Shown one piece after another: positions 11,947 through 23,874 of a DNA stretch of 42,285 nucleotides (position 1 is the stretch's first letter; every line of letters starts with the position of its first letter). The notes under the pieces are model-generated. The model ran no database searches. It saw only the letters and a list, made by a program, of their open reading frames with translations, and had not been told where the DNA came from. Position numbers and translations under genes: made by a program. Source of the stretch: Fonticula alba ATCC 38817 (taxonomy: Eukaryota > Protista > Nucleariida). Location of the stretch: NCBI GenBank assembly GCA_000388065.2, contig KB932206.1, one strand, 5' to 3'.

Positions 11947-13046
11947 TCACTCGGCACTGGCCGAGGTGGTGGAATTGGTGAAAGCGCTGTCGGCGCCGGC
12001 CTCGCCCTCATCATTTGTGGCCGGGCCATCGGCGTCAGCCTCGCCAGCGTGGCCGGTCGAGGTCAGGGTGATCACCACCCCCGGAGCGAAGGTCTGCTCG
12101 GCGGCCTCCTGGCTCTGGAGCCACTCCAGGGTCAGGCGCTCACGGGCCAGCTTGAACTCAAGCTCCTCAATCTTTCGCATAGACCGTTCGATCGGGGTCT
12201 CGGTGTCTGATGGAGGTGCACATTGGCCGGAAGGGGGGAGGGGGTGAGAGCGAGCGAAGGGCAGAACTAGGGCGGGAATGGTGATTGATATAGCCGCAAA
12301 AGAGGTGGCATTTTGAGGTTTGCCCCAGTCCTGAAGCAGTCATGGGACGCACACTTGAGCAGCTTATCCTTCTTCGGCAGAGCATAGTCCCCGAGAGGCC
12401 CCGGGGCATAGCCCGCCCCGGCGGCATACTCCTGCCAGACAGACTGGAAGGCAGCCTTGCGCTGGGCCTTGGCCGCCTTGTAGAGGGCCTTCTCAGCCCG
12501 GAGGGCCTCCTTGTCGGCCTTCAGGCCAGCCTTCTCGGCCCGAGCCAGAGCCTTATCCAGCTTGACATAAGTTTGCGCCAGGGCGGGGGCGGAAACAGGG
12601 ACAGCGGCAGCGCCGGCATCGACCACAGCCACCTGGGCAACTGGGACCTCGTCGTCCGAGATCGAGGCAGAGGCCACGATCTTGGTCCCCTCGAGAGACA
12701 CCGGCTTCCGAGCCTTCTTAGCGGCGGCAGCCTCTGCCTTGGCGGCCTGCTTCTCGGCCTTGGAGTACTTCTCGGCCTTGGAGTACTTCTCGGCCTTGGA
12801 GTACTTCTCGGCCTTGGCATGCTTCTCGGCCTTGGCATGCTTCTCGACCTTGGCATGCTTCTCGACCTTGGCATACTTCTCAGCCTTGGCGTACTTCTCA
12901 GCCTTGGCGTACTTTTTGGCGGCCTTGTCGGATGAAGACTTCTTCCCGGCGCTCACAGCCGTCGAGGTGGATAGGAGCAGCAAGGTTGCGAAGACCAGCG
13001 CCAAAACCAGCACCCGGCGGAGGGGGAACGAGGTAAGCGACGCCAT
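11947..13046 (-). CDS. Secreted Lys/Ala/Glu-rich repeat protein of unknown function, about 317 aa, 2 exons
   Basis: Exons 13046-12353 and 12206-11947 (954 nt, GTGCGT donor, CAG acceptor, in frame). Signal-peptide-like N-terminus MASLTSFPLRRVLVLALVFATLLLLSTSTAVSA. Strong GC3 codon bias. Predicted coiled-coil KLDKALARAEKAGLKADKEALRAEKALYKAAK. Confidence 0.8.
12750..12911 (-). repeat. Coding minisatellite, 9 x 18 bp, encoding [YH][AS]K[AV]EK
   Basis: Nine consecutive 18-bp units on the + strand such as cttctcggccttggagta. They translate to YAKAEK x2, YAKVEK, HAKVEK, HAKAEK x2, YSKAEK x3. Confidence 0.95.
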
Positions 13047-13799
13047 GATGACGGAGATAAGGGGCAAGCAGGGGGGGGGGGTAGGAGGGAAATGCGGAGA
13101 AAGGAGGCGGGAGGAGGGGACAGGGGAAAGGGATTGCGTGTTTCAAGGGAGAAGAGAGGCAGAGGGGATTCCGTGGTATTGGTCTCCTGCGGGACGCCCG
13201 GTGCGCGCCGATGGGGAGAAACAAAAAGGAGGAAGAGCATTGGCTTTCCGCTTGTCCAAATCCCAGTGGTCAATGTGCACATCCATAGCTCCTGCCCGCC
13301 ACTCCTTCCCCCCCGCCCCCCCCAGCCTGGGCCTAGCCAGGTCCGGAGCCGGACATGCGATCTTGGGGACATCCTGCACACGCAGGTCCATTTGGCTGCG
13401 ATCGGAGCTTCGTGTATCTTTGCCCCGAGCGTTGTGACCTAGACCTGTGCGATCAGCCGAATGCGTGCCGGCCGCACCCAAATATTGAATCATGATTCGC
13501 TGGGGGTCCCTGTCTCCCCCCTGTGAACTGGACAAGGCCCGTCAGAGGGCATGGGTGAACTGCGGAGGGAGTGAGGACACTTCTAGCCCCCCCCCCCTGG
13601 CAGCCGGGGTGACTGATTCGACGCGTGTCGGCCTTCCGCTTGAGAACATTGTCCCCCGCCCCCACGGGTATCCAGGTGGAAATCGTCCTCACTGACGGGA
13701 ATGAGGGGCAAGCGAGGGGGAGGGGGGGAAAGGGGAACAAGGAAGGTCGCGCGCAGGCGTTTTTTCCTTGGAACGCGTGCGGGCCAGCACACACCGACG

Positions 13800-13840
<41 letters not shown>

Positions 13841-14492
13841 CCCGCAGGAATGGCCAGCATGCCGCCCCGCGAGCCGACAACAGGGACACCAAACACCAAG
13901 CCCGGGCTGGTGTCAGAGGGCCTTGCTTGCTCCAACACCTCCATAGTCACATGTCGATTTGGCTGAACACGCCGGAATTCTCGTGCCCGAGGAGGGTTTA
14001 GATGCGCTACCGCGCGAGGCCTCCCGGAGGGTTTCCCCCTCGTTCTGAGTCCGGATGGGGGGCGGCTGAGCGGGCGAGGTCGTTTCTCGCTCTGCACCAG
14101 GGGTGTGGGCCAGGATGGGGGTACACCCTTGTTGACAATGGTGACCTGCGGCTCTGCTCCCACCCGGGCACCCGGTGTCCCTTGGTGTGCTCGGACGTCC
14201 CCGCCTGAATGCCTGTTCGCATGGCTCCCCCCCTGGGGGGGAACCCTTGCGGGAGGCCTCAGCCTGAGGTCTGGCGGTGGGCTTCAATTTCGGCATGCCT
14301 GTTGGGCCTCCACCTCTCGGGGGATGCCTGTTTGTGGCACGGGCGCTAGGCTCCAGTCGGCCCATGCCCGGACGGGGCTCGCACCACGGGGAGCCAATGC
14401 GACTGGCCTCTTGTGCGTCTGCAACTGGGTTCTCTTGTTCGCGGAGGCGTCCCATGCGCAGGGGCACCTTGCCGACTTTCGCCTTCTCCAAT

Positions 14493-14547
<55 letters not shown>

Positions 14548-15200
14548 GCCTCTCGCGCTCGGCTTCTCTGTCTCAAGGGCTCCCACCCAGGGCCGGGGTC
14601 CATATGGCTGGTTTCCCTCTCCCTCCAGACTGGCATCCTCCCCGGCCAGCACTCCCCCCCTCCCCCTCTTTGCCCCTCCACCCTGTGCGCACACACACCT
14701 GCCCCCTTCCTCTCCTCCACCTGCCCTGTCTATCCCTCTCCTCGGGCGGTCGGACGCCGTGCACCGCCCCCTTTTCTCGCCTCCGTTCGGCGCCCGACAC
14801 GCCCCGTCGGGCCATGGGCACATGCGGATGCGCGCCCCCTTATGCATGTTGCCCGTGTGAGCTGTGCCATTTCCTGGCCGCCACGAGGCATTGTCTGGTG
14901 TTGCATCGAAACGCCCACACATGCAGGAAGGCGCTGTCCTTCCCTCCCTTCCCTCCCTCCCCCCCCCCCTCCATAGCCTGTTTCCCTCTCTACTTCCTTC
15001 TCCCTGGCGCATGGAGATGGCGTCCCCGCTCCTCCTTCTAGTTTGCATACGCAAAGCATCCCCCCTCCATCCTCCTTCCATACCCGACACTGACGCTTCC
15101 CCCCTCCCTCCCTCCCTCCCTCCCTCCCCGCAGAGCGCGTGATAGCCCTCGATTCGTCGACCGGCCACCCCCCTCGCACGCTTCCAAGCACCCGAACATC

Positions 15201-17264
15201 ATGTCGGCCAAGTCTGTCTCTTCCACCATTGTACGCGCCCTTGCGCATGGCCGATCCCCCTGTCTTTCCTTCTCCTGTGGGCCTCCCACCGCTGACACTC
15301 CGCTCTTCCCTCCCCCTCTCCTGGTGTGACCGCAGCGCCCCTTCCAACTGCGTGGTCACGCCCGTCCCCTCACGCACGTTCGCTTCAACAATGACGGCGA
15401 CCTGCTGATGACCACCTGTAAGGAGGGCACCTCCCTCCTGTGGTCGTCCTACACCGGTGAGCTTCTCGGCTCGTACGAGGGCCACGGTGGTGTGGTCTGG
15501 TCTTTCGACTTCACCTCCGACTCTCGCAAGATCATCACCGCCTCTGGTGACATGACCTCCCGCCTGTGGGACACTGAGACCGGCAAGGAGCTGCACATGA
15601 TCAGCGCTCCCGTACGTCGTCCGTCTGTCTTGCTTCTTCCCTTCATTCCGTTCCAAAGGGCTGCGGCATTGGTGCCTGCTCGGCGTGCATGTCGGACTGG
15701 CTTTGCTTGTCGGCACATGTGCACGCCCACGCCCACGCCCACGCCCACGCCCACACAAGTGTGCGCACATGCCGGTGTCCGCATTGCTCACTCCCTTCCC
15801 TCTTTCCCTCCCTCTCCCTCTCTGGATTGTCCTACCTGTATGTGTATAGTCCACCGTCAGCGATGCCTCTTTCTCGGTCGGCAACAAGATGTTCTTCATC
15901 GTCACCGTCAACAACATGAACCAGCACTCGAGCATTGTCATCTACGACGCCACCTCCTGTGCGTATTTTTCCTGCTCGCCCTCGACTGCGCTCGTCGCCT
16001 GCACACGCACACGCACACAAGCGCGCATTTCCGACCTTCCCCCTTCGCCTTCCGTGTCATGTCCCCTCTCGTGCGCGCGCCTTCTCACCATACCTGCCCT
16101 TCCGCCGGGGCGGCTCGCCTTCGTAGTCGAGCTCATCAACCGCATCGAGCTCCCCCGCGACCTCCGCTTCACCTGCGCGCTGTGGGCCGACTGCAACACC
16201 CGCATCATTGCCTCTCTGTCTGACCACACCATCGTCAGCTACAACGTCCGGGTACATGCCCATCTTTAGCCGCATCGCTCCCTGACCACGGCCGCCATCT
16301 TTCTGTCGTACTGACCCCTTTTGTGCCTCCCCTCTTCTTCACCCTCATCATCTCCTCCAGACCGGCGAGACCACCGGCCAGGCTACCACCGCTCACAAGG
16401 ATACCATTACCGACATGCAGATGTCCCACGATGGCACCTACTTCATCACCTCCTCTCGTGATATGACTGCCAAGGTACACTTTCGTCCTAACGGCGCTCT
16501 CCCCCCCCCTGTGTCTTCCATGTCTAACTCTCTCTCTCTCTCTCTCCTGGCTTTTTCTTCCGGCTTTCCTCCCTCCACCATGTGGGCGTGCTTCACCTGC
16601 AGATCTTCGACATCCATGAGCTCTCGCAGATCCGCGTCTACACCACCGATTCCCCCCTGAACTCGGCCTCCATCGACAACATCAAGGGCCACATTTTCCT
16701 TGGTGGTGGTCAGGACGCCAGCCAGGTGACCACCACTCACGCCCGCTCCGGCAAGTTCGAGACCCGCATCTACCACGAGGTTCGTATACGGCCCCGTGCC
16801 TCGTGCACTGTCTGCCTCCCTTGCTCTTCGCTCTTTTCCCTTTCTCTGTCTTCCCCCCCCCCCCTGCCGCTTGGCCAAACGGGGAGGAGGGCAATCTCCC
16901 CGAGAGCGCGGCTAGCAGAGTGAAGCCCGCCCCCCCCCCCATCATCACTCTCCCTTCTGATTCCGCTGCTGCTGCCGCCTCTTTCCCCTTCCCATTGTGC
17001 TGACATGTGCCGGCTCTTCGTGCCCGATTCTCCCCCCCCCCCCCGCCCCCGCCCCCGGCCCTCAAAAAGGCCCTTGCCGAGGAGCTCGGCCGTGTCCGCG
17101 GTCACTTCGGTCCGATCAACACCCTGCACGTCTCGCCCCAGGGTACCCACTTCGCCACTGGTGGTGAGGATGGTTTCGTGCGTCTGCACGAGTTCGACCA
17201 GAACTACCATGACTTCAAGATCGAGTTCGATGAGAACTTCGAGCCCTCTGCCGATGTCAACTAA
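15201..17264 (+). CDS. EIF3I: Eukaryotic translation initiation factor 3 subunit I (WD40), about 341 aa, 7 exons
   Basis: Exons 15201-15230, 15336-15611, 15850-15958, 16127-16251, 16361-16474, 16603-16779, 17070-17264 (1026 nt). Recognisable eIF3i/Tif34 motifs: [83 protein letters not shown]. Confidence 0.95.
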
Positions 17265-19401
17265 ATGCGCGCATGCTTTCTGCGGCGTGTGCAGCCTCTT
17301 GTGCCCTTCTCCCCGCCTCTCTCCCCTTCCTTCCCCGCGCGCCGTGCATGGGTGTGCGTGCGCGTGTGTGTGTGTGCGAGGGAGACAAGGCCATGCGCTG
17401 TTGTACATATGCGCGCACGCGCAAGTCCCCCAGCCCCTGGTGAGGGAGAAGGAAGTCCTTGCCTGCTGGGTGCACCCCCCTCCCCCCCCCCCCCCCCCCT
17501 GTTCCTTCTCCCCTCTCCCCTGCACGGGAAGGGGCGAGCCTTTGGGGGGAGGGGTGTGTGCACGCGCCCCCGTCCGCGCATTGTGTCCCCCAATCGTACT
17601 TGGTATGCATCTTCCCCCTCTTCCCTTGCGAGAGACACGGCTTCTTCCTGCGTTGCCTGGGTTCATCTTTCCTTTCTTTTTCTCACACCCCACTCCCTGC
17701 TTTCTTCTCCCTCCTTCGACTGGCGCGCCTCTCCCCCCCTCCCCCTCAGTTTGCACCATATATAAATCTCACAGTATTGTGTGTCCACTCCCCTCTGCGC
17801 GCACCTCCTTCTCTCCCTCTCTCCTTCTGTCTCTTCCCAAAACTCAAAAATACATTCAAATCTTCCTGCTCCCCCTTTCTCGGTTTGTGTGAGGGATCTT
17901 CATCTGGCCCTTTTTTCCTGCAGCGTTGTTGTCCACGGCCTTGCTCCCCCCCCCCCTTGCCGGAGTGTTCTGGCATTTGTGTTCCCTCGGCCAGAGTGTC
18001 CTCCTTCTCTGCCGGAGGTTTAAATATCGAAGTTTTCATTTCGTCAGGTATATCCAGTTACATGTGTGAATGTGCCGCTTCTCCTGGGCGGGCCCAATTT
18101 TTTTCGCCAGGCTCGGGCGCCGCCCCGCTCTGGCCGGTGATCTGGCCGGGCACCTGGCACCCGTGCCGGCTGGTCTCGGGCTGATATCATGCACGTGATA
18201 CACAATCGCATGAAACATCATGGCCCTTCGATTCCCTCAACCTGGCTGGGGCTCCCCGCACAGGTGTGAGGGGAAACGAGGGGGGCCCGAGGTCAGGGTG
18301 GGGGCCGGCACCCACCACCGGCCAATAATAGGAGGATGGGGGGGGGGGGGGGGAAAACGGCGACCTGACGACAAAGTGATGACATGGGTCTGGCTTTTCT
18401 GCGGAGCAGGCTGGCGCGCGGGCTCGGGGGGGGAAGGGAGCATGGGCATGGCGCCATTCGGCCGCAGCCGGCATCCCTCGTGAAGTTGCTTGCGGGCGTA
18501 TGTTGGTTATCAGCCTGTGTGTGAGGGTGGGTGTTCTCCCACCTGGAAGCGTAATTTGTCCAGATCAGCTCACTCCCGCCAGTGGGGAGGGGGGGGGGGG
18601 GAGTGGGCTTTTGCGGGGTTCCGTCCTCTGCCACCCTTGAAGTCAACAAGGAGACCCAAACGCCTGTGCGCCTGTGTTGGGCGCAAGCTTCGCCAGGTTG
18701 ATCGGCCGAATGGATGATCGGAAAACTCCATGGCTTTTGCAGCTTGCTCGGAGTCTCTTCTTCGCGCTTCGTCTTTTCCCAGGCGCGAGGTGTGTCAGCA
18801 CACACGCACACACACGCACACTCACACACACATACACACACACACACACGCGCACACACACACACACATACACACATTATGTCCCTGCGCGGGGATAATC
18901 ATAAGAATGGCAACCTGCTAATGTCAATCTCCCTTTCGCTTTTGTTTCCATCCCTCACACTCCCGTGTGTATCTACAAACTGGCCATGAGGGCTGGTGGT
19001 TTTCTCAAATGCTCGCACACCATTGTGGCAAGCCGCCCAGGCATGCGGGCAATGGCCCAGTCTCCGCCACTCCCTCCCTCTCTGGTTGCTCTCCCTCTCT
19101 CCTTCTCCCTGGCTTTTCCTTCCCCCTCTGCGCTCCTCTCCATTCCCGGCTCTTCGCCCCCCCTCCCCCCCCTTCGTGCCCAAACCGCCCTCCGTGTTCT
19201 GGCGCGTTCGCGGCGGGCGTGACTCTCCACTTTCCTACCTGCGTCCTTCGCGCACGCAAGCTCGGAGCCCGGTCCCCCCGCCCTCCCCCCCTCCCCCTTC
19301 GTTCCTGGAAAGGCCTTCGCATCCTCTGTGAGCGACCAGGCTGACTCCCCCCCCTTCAGCCCCCGGGGCTTCTTTGCTGTCGGCACAGCTGTTGCTCAAT
19401 C

Positions 19402-20466
19402 ATGGCACACAGCCACCAGCAGTCCCCTTACTACACTCTGTCGACTCTGCCACCGTTGGAGTTCGACATGGAGGATCTGGGCAGCTACTACAGTTACCCC
19501 ATGGCGCCTGGGCCTGCGGCTGACTCTCTCGGACCCCTGAATCCCCCATACCATGATGCATTGGGGGAATCCAACCCCGGAGGGGTGCATGTACCACAGC
19601 AGCCACCACCACCGCCGCCGCCACCATCCGCGGTGTCCAGCTCCGGACCGACTCCCTCGCCTCTGCCTCCCTTCTCTTCGCCGACAGCCCTCGGGCCACA
19701 CGAAGTCGCCCCCCCACCGACCGGCCCGGAGTCCCTGGGCTCCAATGAAGGTACGCCCGGTCCTCCTTCGCCCGCTTCCCCCCCCCCCCCCCCCGCCTCC
19801 CTCTCTGTCCTTCTCACATGGTGGGCGTTGCTTTTCCACACCGATTGACAATGGTTCACTCCGATTTCTCCTGCCCCCCCCCTTCCCTTGTCCCTCCCTT
19901 CGTGGCTGTGATGCAGATCCTGGACCGTATGCACAGGTGGGACCGATGTACCCTCCGCCAGGGCCGAGCCATGGCGCCCCGGAGATGGGGCACTTTGCGC
20001 GGGACCATCCTCCCCCGACTGGCCCGGGGCATGTGTCATCGCCTCCGCGATCACCCACCGGGACACCGGCCCTCTCGTCGGCACATCTCCATTCTCACCA
20101 TATGGTCTCGTCGCATGGGCATCATTTGGCCCCAAGCCACGGACACTCCCTCTCCTCGGGACCCTCCCCTGTGTCGGTCCCGATCCACGGCAGCCACCAT
20201 GCCCATCTCTCCTCGGCGCACGGGCATTACCACCTTCCGGCTGGCGCGCCTCCGCCCCTTGGGCCTGTTTATTCCCCGGCCGATCCGATGGTTCACCAGT
20301 CACATCCTCAGCCTCAAGGGGGGCCATCGGCCGTGCAAGACCCCCCTCCGCCCCCTTTGCCAAATGGTAAGTGCCCAGTGGGCCTTTCAGCGTCATGCTG
20401 CATGGACGATTCCCCCCCCCCCCCACACACACATTCCTCTGACACCTCCTCCTGATATTGATGCAT

Positions 20467-20501
<35 letters not shown>

Positions 20502-21172
20502 CACATGGGCACACCTACTACCCAGTTACCCGGCCCGCGAGCACGCGAGAGGATCCGAAGCGCCGGCGCGCGGGCGCCCCGGCCAATGGCAGCGTCACCA
20601 AGCGGAAGCCCACTCGCGGCGCCGGGGCAATGGCCTCCGGGCGAAGTGTGTCCCAGGCGACGACCTCCGGAGTGGCTCCCTCTTCGCCGAGCCCGTCCTC
20701 GGAGCCCAGCTCTCCGGGCCCCTCCTCCCCGGGCCCGGGATCTGACGGTCGAGCTGGCGAAGCTGGCGACACTCTGTCGAGCTCCGGGGCCGTGGTACCG
20801 CTGGAGGTGTTGCGTAAGCGGAACTCCGAATCCTCGGCTCGCTATCGGCGGAAGAAGGCCGCCGAGTTTGACTCCCTGCGTCTGGAGTTGCAGGGTGTGC
20901 AGGATCATCTGCGTCGGGTGCAGGAGGAGCGTGATGCACTCGAGCGCCAGGTCATCATTCTCGGCGAGCGAGTGGCCGAAAAGACTCGTGCTTACGATCA
21001 GCTGTTGGCGGTGTTGGCCGGCAGCGCTGGGCTCGGTCCGACGGTTTCACCGAGCGGCAGTGCCGGCCTGCTCTCCTCTGAGGAGGGTGCCGCCCAGGGG
21101 CCAGCCTTTCCCCCGGTGGCCCCGGCAGCGGCCCCAGCGGCCGGACACATTCTCCGCCCAACCGGCAAATAG
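19402..21172 (+). CDS. bZIP transcription factor with Pro/His/Ser-rich N-terminal region, about 481 aa, 3 exons
   Basis: Exons 19402-19750, 19917-20366, 20526-21172 (1446 nt, in frame). Basic region LRKRNSESSARYRRKK (N-x7-R) is followed by a heptad zipper LRLELQG/VQDHLRR/VQEERDA/LERQVII/L. Confidence 0.85.
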
Positions 21173-21261
21173 CCAGCTCCTCGGATCACCTTCCTGTTCC
21201 TGGCGCGGTTCTCCTTTCCCGAACTGCGAATTGGCCCTTTCTTTTTTTTTTGTAGACAACC

Positions 21262-21333
21262 TCCCTCCTCTTGCCCGCCTTTCCCAGCGGGGCACTTTCC
21301 CTCCTCTTGCCCGCCTTTCCCAGCGGGGCACTT
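21262..21333. repeat. Perfect 36-bp direct tandem duplication (2 copies)
   Basis: tccctcctcttgcccgcctttcccagcggggcactt occurs at 21262-21297 and 21298-21333, about 90 nt after the bZIP stop codon. Confidence 0.95.
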
Positions 21334-23874
21334 GTGTGACTGGCTCGCCTGTTGGTCCACCCCCTCCCCTCCCTTCCCCTCCCCTCCCCTCCCCTCCCCT
21401 CCCCTCTGTCCTTGAGTATGCCCCTGGGTGCCGATGTTGGCGCTATATACACTATGCATCGCATCATCTTCGTCTGCCTCCTGCTGTCAAGGCATTGCAT
21501 TCCTCCCTGCCTCCTTGTCCTCCTGGTCTCCCGGTTGTTCGTGCTCTCTTCGTGCTGCGTCATGGCGGGGGAGGATGGGGGCGGGGCGAGAAGAGGGCCT
21601 CCCGGAGCCGGGGCCGTGAGGAGCGCCACGAGCAGGGCGCGGTGCATGCCAGGACGAGACATTCCCGCATCCTCCTGTGATATGATCACATGTCCACAGC
21701 GATAGGGCCGCGGGGTGTTCTCTTGGCCCTCCTCATGCTGTTGGCCGCGGCGGCCCGAGCCGGCCAACAGCATGGGGAGTCGGTAGGACCCGCCGAGGGG
21801 AGGTCTGTCCTCCTCCGGCTCCTCCTCCGACGGAGCGGGCACGGCCCGCATGCAAGCTTGGACGCCGGGGGGGGGCGGCGGGGCCAGTTCGAGAAACTTC
21901 CTGCCCTTGGCACTGTCAGCGGCGCGCATGTTAAATTGTCCTGAGCCCCCCCCGGCCCCTGTCCCCGAGGGAGGGCTGTGCATTCTAAACCCCCCGCCCT
22001 GCTCGCTGGGTGGCGTCGTGCCAGTGGTCCGGAGGGGTGGTTGGGGCAGCGGTCTCAGTGCCGCGTCCCCCCCCCCCCGGGGTCGTCAGGAAGGGGGTGC
22101 ATCCCACTCTTGCCCTTTTCCGTTTCAGCATGCCAAGCGGCGAGGTAGGGGGGATTAATCGTCTGGTCAATCCTTCGTGGGAGGGGCCGGCGGGGCGGAG
22201 GGAAGGCGCTGGGGGAGCTTGCTTCTCTAACCAACCTTCCCCCGCCCCCCTCCCCAGAGCAAGACTTTGGCCCGGGGAGGATGGTGTGAGTTTGCGGCAG
22301 CCGGGGGGCGGGGGTGGGGCCGGCGCCACGCATGTATGCTCTTGCCTTCGCCCACCTTCAGGAAAAGGCCCGACCGGGCTCCACTTCTGGGGAAGAAGCG
22401 GGCGGGGGGGGGGGAGGGGGACCTGGGCAATCACTGCGCCCGCGGGGGCGGGGGCGAGAGGAGGGCAGGGTGGCGAGCGGCTGAGCGCGGAGGCCCCCCT
22501 CCTGATGGCCCCCCTGGTGATGGTGTGGCGGCGGTGGCGGCGGTGTGAAGGTGGGATGGACGGGCTGTTCCTCGTGTACGGCTCACCCCCTCCCCCTCCC
22601 CCCCCCCCCCCCCCCCCCATGGCTGGGCCCGGTTTCAAAGTGGCAGGGACTAGATCCTGCCCGGGTGGGCAGCAGCCTCACGCCCGCGCAATCATCCGGG
22701 GGATGTGGGGGTGCCTGTGCGTGTCGGGAATCCGGAGGGGACGCGAGAGCTCCAGCAGTCCCCCGGGCAGTGTACTGTGTTGTCTCCAGGCGTCGTGTCT
22801 CGTTCGTTCGCTCGCTCGCTCCACCGGCTCCCCTGGCTCGGTCCTTCTGGTCCTCCAGTGCACTTGGCCACGCTAGACCTAAATCCGCGCGACCTCCCCG
22901 AGACCAGCTTCTGCATTCCTTTTTCTCGCCTGGTCCTGGGCATGTTAATGTGTGCGTGCGCGGGTGCGCGGGGTGGGGATGGACCTCCACCGTGGGACAT
23001 GGTGTGCGCTGGCCAGGCAGGGGAGGAGGGAGGAACGAGAGAAGGAAGCGAGGGCGGGAGGGGGGGGGGGGCGACAACATGCTTGCACACGCCGGACAGT
23101 TTCCACCTGCTGAGCATGCTGGTAGAGCCTGGCGTGCACCGGCATCAGTCTCGATCCGTCCCTATGTCGTCTCCATGTCTCAGGGGTCGGCAGGCCATAC
23201 GCATGTACTCCGACCTCCGACCCGACAGCCAAGTGGTGGTGGTGGCGGGTATGTCTCTCTCTGTGTGTGTGTGTGTATGTGTGTGTGCGAGGGGGGGGGG
23301 GGGGGGGGAAAGTGACGACGGTACATGGTGGGCATGCGCCACCCCGCAGGCAGGGTGTTATCAGAATGTGGTCTACGCTCTAGTCCCAAGGATCTGGGCT
23401 TCACAAATAGCCTCCCTGAGACGCCCCCACTCCCCCTCTTTTCGCGCCCCCCCCCCTCCCCCCTCCTCTCCACCACTCGTTCTTCGCTTCCTCTCTCCCC
23501 AGACTCTCCACGACCTTCTCCCATTCTTCCCCCCCCTTTCCCGAGGCCGCCGCGGTTTCTTTCTCTTCGGATCTTCCCCCCACAGGTGCGCCCCCGCCTT
23601 CCCCTTTCATCGTTATCTGCTCCCCTCCATGCCCCGGGCTGTTGGACAACCACTCGGTCACGCAAGTAGCCCGGTCCCCAGGGCATAAGGCCTCCTTGAC
23701 GCCCATGCCTGATGTGCCCTTGTGTTGGTGTGCCCCCAAGGCTGGGAGGCGGGCACAGCGGCTTACCGGGTCATCGCCCCCAATCCTCCGACGACCTGGC
23801 ACCAACCCGCCCCTTGTGCTAATCCAGTTGTTTGCCTTCTCCCCCCCCCCCCTCTCCGCCCCTTCCCAGTCACC

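Noticed and set aside
12750-12911. Regular short repeats considered as a CRISPR-like array
   Set aside because: There are no spacers; it is an in-frame coding minisatellite in a eukaryotic gene.
13100-15150. Minus-strand open frame at about 14280-13850 with a GTGCGT donor that can join an acceptor near 13690
   Set aside because: No start codon or domain. The interval lies between two divergent genes and is more simply promoter or UTR sequence.
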